A DNA stretch of 64,000 bases from Gammaproteobacteria bacterium (GTDB lineage Bacteria > Pseudomonadota > Gammaproteobacteria > SZUA-152), in contig DROS01000023.1 in NCBI GenBank assembly GCA_011321815.1, positions 27,653 to 91,652 on the forward strand, written 5' to 3'. Below the pieces are notes generated by a model. The model searched no databases and had not been told where the DNA came from. It worked only from the letters and a program-made list of their open reading frames with translations. Positions 1 to 9,400 of the stretch are shown here, in pieces (position 1 is the stretch's first letter; every line of letters starts with the position of its first letter). The position numbers and the translations under genes are program-made.

Positions 1-298
1 TAATTTCGCGTGAAGGCAGCGAATACAGCATGCCGCCGTGTCCCATGGCAATGCCATCATCCACCGCAATAGTATTAAACTCTTTGGCCACACCACCTGC
101 CTTTTCCACTTCACGTGCAACCAACTGCCCCATATCCTTCAGATGTACATGCCCTGGTACAAACTGGGTAAAAGAGTTGGCGATGGCAATAATGGGTTTA
201 TCGAAATCACCATCTTTCATACCGGTGGCACGCCACAAAGCGCGGGCGCCAGCCATATTACGGCCATGGGTGGTAGTACGGGAACGATATTCAGGCAT
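1..298 (-). CDS. ilvD: Dihydroxy-acid dehydratase, 5' part (runs off the window)
   Basis: Not in the ORF track. Manual minus-strand translation from ATG at 298 gives [53 protein letters not shown]...[25 protein letters not shown], the canonical IlvD N-terminus. Confidence 0.97.
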   Translation of the reverse strand, partial: MPEYRSRTTTHGRNMAGARALWRATGMKDGDFDKPIIAIANSFTQFVPGHVHLKDMGQLVAREVEKAGGVAKEFNTIAVDDGIAMGHGGMLYSLPSREI

Positions 299-545
299 GA
301 GACCCTCGGGGTTGTCAGCAGGTTGTTTTTCAGAAAAATTCAGCTGCCAAGCTTAACAGATTGCCTGTTGTTGGCGAACAGCACCGGCACAGTCCCCCTC
401 TCCCCGAAGAAAAAGGCCGGTATGTATTTAATGCAAAATTTGTAAAAACACAGAGGGTGCAAAGAAAAAGATAAAACGTTGCATTCCCTGTGTCTTTGTA
501 TTGACAGCGCCGGCGATACGACAGCATCGCCCCTGGGATGAGCCG

Positions 546-938
546 TCAGCCTGCTACCAATAAATCCCGTACCCGTTCCAGCTTGCTGCGTACCTCGGCA
601 GCCAGTGGTTTTACATCCGCTTTTTCCACCAGTCCCAACACGGCGGATGGGTCCATAAAGGCCACGGTAATGGAATCATCTTCCTCTTCGCGCACCAGTA
701 CATTACAAGGTAACAACAGGCCGATATCTGGCTCGGCGTTAATGGCCTGGTTGGCCAGCACCGGATTGCAAGCCCCCAGTATGGTGTAAGGCCGGCGGTC
801 CACATCAAGTTTCGCTTTCAGCGTTGCTTTCACATCAATCGTGGTTAACACGCCAAAACCTTCTGTCTTCAACGCCTCGGTGGTTTTATCAACCACCTCG
901 TCAAAACTGCCTGCGACTGTTGCATGAAATCCGTACAT
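546..938 (-). CDS. DUF302 domain protein
   Basis: 130 aa with [16 protein letters not shown]...YTILGACNP...[11 protein letters not shown], typical of DUF302. Confidence 0.9.
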   Translation of the reverse strand: MYGFHATVAGSFDEVVDKTTEALKTEGFGVLTTIDVKATLKAKLDVDRRPYTILGACNPVLANQAINAEPDIGLLLPCNVLVREEEDDSITVAFMDPSAVLGLVEKADVKPLAAEVRSKLERVRDLLVAG

Positions 939-990
939 TTTCTTTCTCCTCGGTATTTAACCTGCCCATTAATTAGCAGTTGCTAATATT

Positions 991-1458
991 CTAGCGACCC
1001 CGTTGCTGCATTTCAAACCAAGCATCATAAACCGGTTTCGGCCAGATGGATTGAAACCAGGCAATCGCCGCATCGATTTGTTCTTCGCTCAACCTGCCCT
1101 TCCAGGCTGGCATATTGCCTTCCCCTTGTGGGCTGCCGTCACGAATCATACCTTTGAGCACTTCCCTTGAATGGTGCCAGGCATGCCCGGAACCATCGAG
1201 TGGTGGCGGCGGATAGTTACCATCGGCATCCGTTTTTCGCCAATTGGCTGCGCCCTGCGCCCGTTCGCCATGGCACTTTGCACAATGTGTTGTAAAAACC
1301 TGCTCGCCCATCGCCAGCTGTGCTGCATCGGCTTGACGTGGGGGAGCCTCGGGCACCGCCATCCCACCAATTTCCGGCCGTTCTCCACAAGCCGACAATA
1401 ACAGCAATATCAGAACAAATACCAATCGAAACAATGTACTGTTTTTCAATAATTCCAT
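991..1458 (-). CDS. Class I c-type cytochrome, probable lipoprotein
   Basis: Heme motif CAKCH, PPPLDGSGHAWHH segment, distal MPAW, lipobox LLSAC. Start placed at ATG 1458, after a GAGG RBS. Confidence 0.88.
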   Translation of the reverse strand: MELLKNSTLFRLVFVLILLLLSACGERPEIGGMAVPEAPPRQADAAQLAMGEQVFTTHCAKCHGERAQGAANWRKTDADGNYPPPPLDGSGHAWHHSREVLKGMIRDGSPQGEGNMPAWKGRLSEEQIDAAIAWFQSIWPKPVYDAWFEMQQRGR

Positions 1459-1512
1459 GTGGCCTCGCAATAAATTATATTCTGTAAAATCTCTGGCTAG
1501 GAGGTGTTAACA

Positions 1513-2703
1513 ATGGCAGAAATTATCCCACCGCTGAACCGACAGACCCTCGGACGCATGACCTCCGGAGAGAAGCGTGTGGCGAGACGTTTGCAAGCGT
1601 TACTGGAAAACGATTATCTGGTCTGGTTTGATATCCCGGTGGGGAAGAAGCGCCGTTACCCTGACTTTATCATCTTGCACCCTTCACGGGGACTGCTGTT
1701 TCTGGAAGTGAAAGACTGGAAACCGGATACATTAAAAAAGATCAGCAAATCTGATGTAACGCTGTTGACAGATACCGGCCTGGTTACCCGGCCACATCCA
1801 CTGGAACAGGCGCGTCAATACACTTATAACGTAATCGGGGTGTTGTCGCGTGACCCCAAACTCTGTCAGGCCACAGGAGCCTATAAAGGCAACCTGGCCA
1901 TGCCTTATGGTTGGGGTGTGGTGTTTACCAATATTACCCGCAAGCAGATTGAAAAGGCGATTTCCCATGAGCAGCGCGAAGGATTATTGCCGGATCACCT
2001 GACAATTTACAAAGATGAGATCACCGAAAATACTGATGCCCAATCAATTTATCACAAGAAATCCGGCCTTGGTTTCAGCCTCTCCAGCGTTGGCATTCAG
2101 GGAAAAGGGCGCACGACAATTTTGCGGCTCAATTACCGCAACACCCGTGAGATTCTCCACTTTGCATATACTTTTGCCCGTCACTACCTTTATCCCAAAA
2201 GTGCGGACGATGATCATATCCCCTTGATCGAACCGGAAGCAGCGGGCAATAGCGGGCCAGCACCAGTGGTCCGCCAAAACAACAGTCTTCAGGAAGAGAT
2301 TGCCTATGCGCTTAAGTGTTTAACAAAATGGCGCCAGCAGGGTATACCCTGGGGTGATATGGCAGTGGTCTATGCCGAGGGGAGTCAGGGACACAAGATG
2401 GCATCACAACTGAGAGCAGCGGGCATTCCGCATACCTGGCTGGCCATCAAACAGTATAAAAGCACCTACAATTCAGGTAATGAACAGGTAACGGTGCTGA
2501 CTATTCATAGTAGCAAAGGGTTGGAATTTCCCCGCGTCATCATGTTGGGAATTGGCCAGCTAAATGACAGCGAGGCACGACAAGCAAAAAATGCCCGCCT
2601 GCTTTATGTCGGCATGACGCGGGCACAGGAATGTCTGTTAATAACAACCTCAGCGAAAAATGCCTTCAGTCGTAAATTGCTGGAAGTGGCGCAATCGGTT
2701 TAA
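1513..2703 (+). CDS. NERD nuclease / SF1 (UvrD-like) helicase fusion lacking the central ATPase domain (in-frame internal deletion)
   Basis: NERD motifs (PDFIILHP, LEVKDW) and UvrD C-terminal motifs (NYRNT, TIHSSKGLEF, LLYVGMTRA) are present. No Walker A or B. ATG 1513 follows AGGAGG. Confidence 0.8.
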   Translation: MAEIIPPLNRQTLGRMTSGEKRVARRLQALLENDYLVWFDIPVGKKRRYPDFIILHPSRGLLFLEVKDWKPDTLKKISKSDVTLLTDTGLVTRPHPLEQARQYTYNVIGVLSRDPKLCQATGAYKGNLAMPYGWGVVFTNITRKQIEKAISHEQREGLLPDHLTIYKDEITENTDAQSIYHKKSGLGFSLSSVGIQGKGRTTILRLNYRNTREILHFAYTFARHYLYPKSADDDHIPLIEPEAAGNSGPAPVVRQNNSLQEEIAYALKCLTKWRQQGIPWGDMAVVYAEGSQGHKMASQLRAAGIPHTWLAIKQYKSTYNSGNEQVTVLTIHSSKGLEFPRVIMLGIGQLNDSEARQAKNARLLYVGMTRAQECLLITTSAKNAFSRKLLEVAQSV

Positions 2704-2742
2704 CCGGGTACTGTTTTTCTTCGCGGACTTTGCGTCCTTTGC

Positions 2743-2779
2743 TGGCTGGCGGATGTATTACTGATACAACCGCCAGCCA
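2743..2779. terminator. Hairpin between convergent genes, probable intrinsic terminator
   Basis: TGGCTGGCGG (2743-2752) pairs perfectly with CCGCCAGCCA (2770-2779), with further tgtat/ataca pairing inside. Confidence 0.55.
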
Positions 2780-2859
2780 CACAAAACAGACTGCATCCAT
2801 CATGTACCGTGACAAATATACCTCACATTGTAACGACTATGATGTTATCCACATGACTG

Positions 2860-3828
2860 TTACGGCATAAGTTCCACTGTCATCGGAATTGCACCACGAG
2901 TGAGCGTTACAATTCCTTCACTAAGGGGACTCGTAAATGTAACGGACGGATCATTGGGATCGACGAATGTTGTTTCTATTGGTGGTGTCCCAGGCACTGC
3001 CCCATAGACATTGCCATCTACATGGCTGGCGATATCCAACATCAGTAATTGCTCACCGTTTGGTTGGATATCCATCGGGCAATAACTGAGTGTACGTGTA
3101 AACCGTGCAACGCCATGCTTATCTGCAACGACAACATTTGGTACACCGCCAAAAGGCAATGGAACGGGTGCTGGCCCAGCGGCCCCAGGCGGTGTTGCCA
3201 GCCATATGGCCCAGACGGTCAACAACTCATGAGGCTGATAATTACGCAGTTTGAGTTTTACGTGTGCGGTTCCGCCAGCTTCACACTTGACTTTCATTTT
3301 ACCTCTAACACCACGAAACTCCCCAAGCGTCAGTGCCTGATTTGTGGCGTTATTAGTGGGGGGGAACGGTGGCGCAACGGAATTTTCAGGGGGTAATGTA
3401 AACCGGGTTCCATCGGGTGAGGCAATTTTAGGGATTTCATTGGTACGCAGATTCTTCAGCCGGGAATCGGGCTCGGGGGCCCCTAGCAGCGCAAGAAGTT
3501 CCAGGTTCGATGTGGTGGCAATATGCGTCCCCAAACTGGTTTCGCAATCGCTTTGCTGAAGTGTAAAAGCATCACGCATTTCCCCTTCTGCGGGTGCATC
3601 CGGGTTATACAAACCAATGACATCGAAGTGCAAATCAGCAGGCAATGGTGCGGGCAGACTAAACACCGGCGTATTACAGTCTGTATTGAATCCGGTTGTC
3701 GGATGCAACTCCTTAACCCAGGTACGTACATCTCCTGCAACAGAGGTAGCAGGCAATACAACCGTTGCCGCCAATAAAACAACTGGCACATGAATGGATA
3801 ATTTACGCCTTATATAAACAGATAACAT
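2860..3828 (-). CDS. Secreted protein of unknown function
   Basis: 322 aa, strong RBS (AAGGAGAGG), signal-peptide-like N-terminus (VVLLAATVVLPATSVAG), Pro-rich. No family recognised. Confidence 0.7.
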   Translation of the reverse strand: MLSVYIRRKLSIHVPVVLLAATVVLPATSVAGDVRTWVKELHPTTGFNTDCNTPVFSLPAPLPADLHFDVIGLYNPDAPAEGEMRDAFTLQQSDCETSLGTHIATTSNLELLALLGAPEPDSRLKNLRTNEIPKIASPDGTRFTLPPENSVAPPFPPTNNATNQALTLGEFRGVRGKMKVKCEAGGTAHVKLKLRNYQPHELLTVWAIWLATPPGAAGPAPVPLPFGGVPNVVVADKHGVARFTRTLSYCPMDIQPNGEQLLMLDIASHVDGNVYGAVPGTPPIETTFVDPNDPSVTFTSPLSEGIVTLTRGAIPMTVELMP

Positions 3829-4081
3829 ATTCCTCTCCTTTTGTAGTTATGGCCTTACTATACATACCCAAAGCGATCAGGATTCAGACGTTATGCACAA
3901 GCGCATTAATGCCTGCCAATATGGCAATATGTAACATCATCAGCAATGCTGTTTACCAGCATTATTCTGTTAATGTACTGCCAAAATCACATGATGAAAG
4001 TCCCGGCGATCCACTGATAATCTATGATTATTTTCAGTAGTCCCTTCGTCCTTTCACTCGTAGTATGCTATCGATAATGAG

Positions 4082-4131
4082 AAAATACGCAATCCATGTT
4101 ACTTGTCCATTCTTGCTCTTTTTCTTTAAAA
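4082..4131 (+). repeat. Left copy of a 50-bp direct repeat flanking the PKS cluster
   Basis: aaaatacgcaatccatgttacttgtccattcttgctctttttctttaaaa matches 36577-36626 at 49/50. Weaker similarity extends left to 4065 (vs 36560). Confidence 0.95.
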
Positions 4132-4156
4132 AAGAATCAGACTACAAACATGTCAC

Positions 4157-4204
4157 TGTCCCGTTAACCCCCCTTGCTCTTTGAAAGAAAAAGTTAACGG
4201 GACA
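4157..4204. repeat. 12-bp perfect inverted repeat with a 24-nt spacer
   Basis: TGTCCCGTTAAC (4157-4168) and GTTAACGGGACA (4193-4204). Confidence 0.85.
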
Positions 4205-4405
4205 ATATGAAAACTTCCAATCAAATAATCGATTATTCGCCTTTTCATGCGCTACCCAAAAATGGAAAACAAATAATTTGTGCGAATTACGTACAAATCT
4301 GTTTTTATCTGGCTACCAATCCTGGTATGAGGAATGAAAATCCATCACGGTAATCACAATTTACGACGCCTTGATTTCAGGCAGACACCGTGCTGAAAAA
4401 TTAAA

Positions 4406-5341
4406 TTACAAATCAATACCACTGGCCGCTCTTCCCTTTTCCAGCCAACGGGCACAATCCGGTGACAAAGTCTTTTTTACTGCGGTGTGGTACAGGTCCA
4501 GGTCTTCATCATTCAAAAACTCACGCCACAAACCGCTGCCACACTTATACATATAATCACTTGGCCCATCTCTTAACACAACGTTCATTTCGGGTAATAT
4601 CTTGTCCATATTTTTGTGGATTTCTTCAAAACGGGTCCGCTGCCTGATGCCAGGAAGGTGTTCTTCATCAATGGTGATATCAAGAAAATCGGCAATACGT
4701 TTTATTTCACCTTCCGTATCATTTAATAAATCCTCGAAGTGCACCAGCAGGATATTCGGCAACTTTCTGAAAGACCACCAGCTTTGTGCATGATCAAGGT
4801 GGGACCAGTAAGGATATCCCTGAGTTTCCCATTCGAACCATGATTGTGAAATCCATTTCCGCCAGAAGCTTTTATCATCGCCCACATCAGGAGGAAATGA
4901 TCTGCCTATCAAGTCATCATAATCCGCTGCCTTTTTTATGATCTCGGCGGAAAGCCCCCTGTGATGATGCAATAAAGACATGAATGCATCACGTGTATCA
5001 CGGCCAACAACGATATACTTGAGCTGCTCAAAAAATGTTAAGCCATTCAAAGGCAGATGGGATTTTATTGATCGACGATGAGTCTGGGCCTCCAATGTTG
5101 CCTGCATGGGTTCAAAGGGACTAAAGCGCAATTCATACCAGGGGGAAATCTCACCAATAGGCCCGGGAATATTTCCATCCTGAAAAATCAGATTGGCGAC
5201 AATTACCTGGGTCCAGGTTGTGCCAGCCCTTTGTGATGTTGTTACCACCACATCGCCTTGCCGCGGCGAGAACCGATCCCATCTCTCGGGATCAAACACA
5301 TGGTGAACGCTATAATCATAGGTTTTTACGGGTTTTTCCAT
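4406..5341 (-). CDS. PAPS-dependent sulfotransferase (Sulfotransfer_1 / aryl-type)
   Basis: 5'-PSB-like loop DVVVTTSQRAGTTW, catalytic KSHLP, 3'-PB motif VGRDTRDAFMS, and LLVHFEDL. Confidence 0.9.
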   Translation of the reverse strand: MEKPVKTYDYSVHHVFDPERWDRFSPRQGDVVVTTSQRAGTTWTQVIVANLIFQDGNIPGPIGEISPWYELRFSPFEPMQATLEAQTHRRSIKSHLPLNGLTFFEQLKYIVVGRDTRDAFMSLLHHHRGLSAEIIKKAADYDDLIGRSFPPDVGDDKSFWRKWISQSWFEWETQGYPYWSHLDHAQSWWSFRKLPNILLVHFEDLLNDTEGEIKRIADFLDITIDEEHLPGIRQRTRFEEIHKNMDKILPEMNVVLRDGPSDYMYKCGSGLWREFLNDEDLDLYHTAVKKTLSPDCARWLEKGRAASGIDL

Positions 5342-5407
5342 AATTGTATGCTCCTGAAGTCATTGGTGGTAAACAAGTGCCTATATAACCTGTCCTGGGG
5401 TCAGCTG

Positions 5408-6388
5408 TTATACATAAGCAGTGGAAAATGGTATCTGGTTGCGCTTCATTGCATCGAGCAGCTTGGCATAATTCGTTTGACTGTTATTAAATGGCGTTAT
5501 CACCGGGAAGACATTCAACGCAGACTGTTTCCCCCGCCAATGGCTCACCAGGTTGGCCATAGTACCGGTGGGACCAAGATCAATATAACAATAACGCTCA
5601 TTATTAACGATTGACGTAAGGGCCTCCATAAGACGTATGGGTTCACGTGCTGTTTGCCAGAAGTGATCTCCATCCAGATATTCAATGAGGCCAGTGGTTA
5701 CGGTGGAATACAGGGGGATTTGTAATTTGCGGAAAGCGATATTATTCAACACGCCAGCATAAGCACGGTGAGCCGGGTCGATATTTCCTGAATGGTAACC
5801 AAACGCAACAGGAAGGGGTTGAAAACAAATATTCTCGCGGCGTAAGTATTTTTCTGCTTCGCGTATACCGTTAATGCTGCCTGCTATGACAAAATGTTTC
5901 CCATGACTGTCAAAGGCAATATCTGTTGAATCATACAAAATATCATTATTATGATAGATACTGACATCATCAAGTACCGCCAGCATGGCGCCAGACTCAC
6001 AGTGAGCATCAAAACAATCTCCTGCACTTGCAACCAGATGCACTGCTGTTTCGAACGTCATTCCTCCTGCGACAACCACAGCTGTATATTCCCCCAGGCT
6101 CATACCACACACCACATCGGGCATAATGCCTTCTTGTTGCAGTGTTTCTGCCAAAGCATATTCTATGGTAAGCAATGCTATATTTGATAAGCGGCAGTCG
6201 CTGAAATTATCTGATTTATGCTTTCTCGGGTCATACACAACATCAAGGATTGAACATCCGGTGACATCATGAACTATCTTCGCTAAACGCAGCATATTAT
6301 GCTCGAATGCCGGATGACATACTCGCAGATCATTTCCCATATGGTAATATTGGGTTCCCTGCCCTGAAAACAAAAAAACATTTTTCAT
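5408..6388 (-). CDS. AT-fold acyl hydrolase (PedC/PksD-like proofreading enzyme)
   Basis: FLFSGQGTQYYHMG N-terminus typical of the AH clade; nucleophile elbow GMSLG; GYHS instead of the malonyl-AT AFHS. Confidence 0.72.
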   Translation of the reverse strand: MKNVFLFSGQGTQYYHMGNDLRVCHPAFEHNMLRLAKIVHDVTGCSILDVVYDPRKHKSDNFSDCRLSNIALLTIEYALAETLQQEGIMPDVVCGMSLGEYTAVVVAGGMTFETAVHLVASAGDCFDAHCESGAMLAVLDDVSIYHNNDILYDSTDIAFDSHGKHFVIAGSINGIREAEKYLRRENICFQPLPVAFGYHSGNIDPAHRAYAGVLNNIAFRKLQIPLYSTVTTGLIEYLDGDHFWQTAREPIRLMEALTSIVNNERYCYIDLGPTGTMANLVSHWRGKQSALNVFPVITPFNNSQTNYAKLLDAMKRNQIPFSTAYV

Positions 6389-6409
6389 GTTAAAAATATT
6401 TTTTGTTGA

Positions 6410-9400
6410 TTAATCGGAAAACCACTGGCTCAGCAGTTTATTGATCTTTTTGTAGTGAAACAGGCTCAGAAAATGATGCCCATTTTTTATTTCATGATAT
6501 TCAGCGTCTGGTATTTTTTCGCTCAACTCCCGTGCAAATTTTGGCGGCATCAATACATCATCACCGCCACTGATAAGCAAAGTTCTGGCCCGGACATGCT
6601 CCGCTGATTCAACATGCCTGAAACGTGCAATCATCATAAAATAACTGTCAAGAATGCGTCGATTGGTAGTACACCAGACAAAACGTTCAATATGCCCTTC
6701 TTTTCTGAACGCCTTTATCTCGGGCATTTTGCGCAAAAAACCGGGCAGCTTCTGGAAATTTTCCTCAAATTCTTCAGCGCATTTAATGGAGAAATCCTCC
6801 GCTGAAATTGTGTATTCCTCAGATGACCAGGAGATGGTTGTGGTACTGATGAGCACAAGCTTGTCTACATATTGCGGATAATGTTTGCAAATGGTTTGCG
6901 CGACAAATCCCCCCAAGGACCAGCCGACCCAATGGTTTTTCTTATTCTGGATAATCTGACGTGTGACAAGCTCATCAATAACACCTGTCAGGATACCTGC
7001 CAGCTGTTCAAAATTATCAAGACCATCAACCCAGTCACTGCCGCTCAACCCCGGGTAATGAGGCACAATAATCCTGTATTTCCCACTCAGCCCCTGTAGT
7101 TGGCGAATCCAGATGACAGCACTGGAATTGAAGGGTGGCAGCAATATTACTGTCGGGCCTTCACCGCACACCAGACATTCAATGCGAACTCCATTCACTG
7201 ACACATTTTCAGTCATTATTTTATGGGTTACCCCGGAGCTGTTGTGGTAGGCATCCACATATCTTTTGATCGGCGCCAGTGTTTCTCCAAACTCCAGCGC
7301 ACCAATATCACCGACATCTTCTTTCTCAGGTGTTGGCGGATTATCATCAACCGATGATTCCGGGGCAGCCTGCCCATTGATAGTCGCCAGCGTATCAAGA
7401 TGTGAACTGAGCAGGGTACTGGTGTTGAATTCAAAAAGGGCAAACATATCCAGCGTCGGGTAAAACCGGCAAAGCTCAGTATGGATTTTGGTACCCATAA
7501 TAGAATCAATCCCCAAATCACCGAAAAGCGTTTTATCGGTGTAAACCTCGGGGAGCGCACCTAAAACCCGCTTCAGGGTGTCACGTACCCGTGTTAAAGT
7601 ATCGGTGCTTGCAATATCCAGGGCTGAAATATCTGGCGCCGCAATCGCCTGATCTGGGGCAGTATCTGTAACAGATACATCCACCATAGAATTTTTACCC
7701 TCTGTCACAGGGCTGACCAAGTCCGGCCGGAAAATATAACCCGGCAAATATGCACGTTTAGCCTTGGGGTCATGCTGGAAACCTTTTACCTTGCCAACTA
7801 CCCAGTTTTTCGCCACCGCCAGAAGCTCGGTAATACTTACCCCCATTCCCATCAATTCACTATGACCGGTTTCCTGCTCTTCGCCTGATATCATGGTGGA
7901 ATCAATACACCCTTCCAGATAAACTTTGAGCCGGGTTAACAATACATCCATGGAATCATCACAGATCAGCGCAAAGCGGTAACGACCGGCGGAACGTCCG
8001 CATTGTAATGTTGCGGCAATATTACGCACATTAAGTGCGGTGTTTAACAAGGCTTGTTCCGAACGAATGTATTGGTAGGTAACCCGTACCATATCAACAA
8101 GTTGTTCAGGCGTAGCGGCACTGAATGGAATAATATATTTAAAGCCCGATTCGTAATCAGGTTCTGTAACCTGAAATGATTCCGGCGCTTGTTCCAATAT
8201 CAGGTGTACATTGGTACCACCAGCCCCAAAGGAGCTGATGCCCGCCCGCCGCACAGGTTGTGATTCGCTCACCGGCCAGGGAGCCAGTTCTTTTTGTACT
8301 TTGAAAGGGATACGTGAAAAATCAATATTGGGATTCAGATTTTCATGATGCATCACATTGGGAAAATACTGTTGACTCTTTAATTGAAGTATTACCTTTG
8401 TGATCTGGGCAATGCCCGCCGCTGCTTCAAGATGACCAATATTCGACTTCAGCGAAGATATGGGACAACCTTCCGGCGGCACATTTTTGCCAAAAGCCTC
8501 GGACAGTGCCGACATTTCAATGGGGTCACCCAACGAAGTACCGGTACCATGACACTCCACAAAGGAAATACTTTGTGGCGATACCCCTGCGGCATCAAAT
8601 GCCTTGCGAATAGTGTCGCGTTGCGCATCGGGATTTGGCACTGTAAATCCCTGGGTACGGCCATCATTACCTGCTGCAACACCCTTGATGACAGCCAGCA
8701 CATTGTCACCATCCTCCTCAGCGCACTCAAGGGATTTCAACAAAACCATTCCCACCCCTTCACTGGGCACATAGCCGGTACCGCCCTCTGCAAAGGCACG
8801 ACAACGGCCATCTTTACTCAAGGCATTCTTATCGGAAAGAAATTCGTATTTACTGCGATGCAGGTTAAGATTTACGCCACCTGCCAGGGCCATTTCACAC
8901 AACCCAAAGCGGATAGCATTATAAGCATCGGCTATCGCATACAGTGAGGACGAACAGGCGCAATCAATTGCAATTGATGGCCCGGTAAGGTTGAAAAAAT
9001 ATGAAAGCCGGTTGGCATAGGAAAATATTTGTGAACTATAAGGCAACATATCGCCTTTACAGCGGTTGGATTCCGCAACAAGCTCGCTGTACTCATGAAA
9101 GGATGCACCAATATAAACACCAACATTACTGCCCTTGCCTCCCACCCACTGTACAGGATTATAACCAGCACTCTCGAAACATCGCCAGGTTTCCTGTAAT
9201 AACAATCGTTCTTCAGGATGAGTCATCAGCGCATCCCGAAAACTCATATTAAACTGTCCATAGTCGAAGTTCATCGGCTGGGAGAGAAACCCACCCCAAC
9301 GTAATTCATCCCCGGCAGCACGGTGTGTGTCGGGTACGGCTTCAATACAATCCCGTCCTTCTGCAAGTAATTCTGCAAACTGCAATACATTTTCGGCCTG

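Noticed and set aside
4082-4131. Direct repeat as a tRNA/tmRNA-derived att site
   Set aside because: AT-rich, with no T-arm (GTTCGA), CCA end or cloverleaf, and no integrase beside either copy.
4406-7230. CurM-type ST-TE terminal alkene formation
   Set aside because: It requires a beta-hydroxy made by a KR in the last module. PKS3 has no KR, and the ST is a free-standing aryl-type enzyme.
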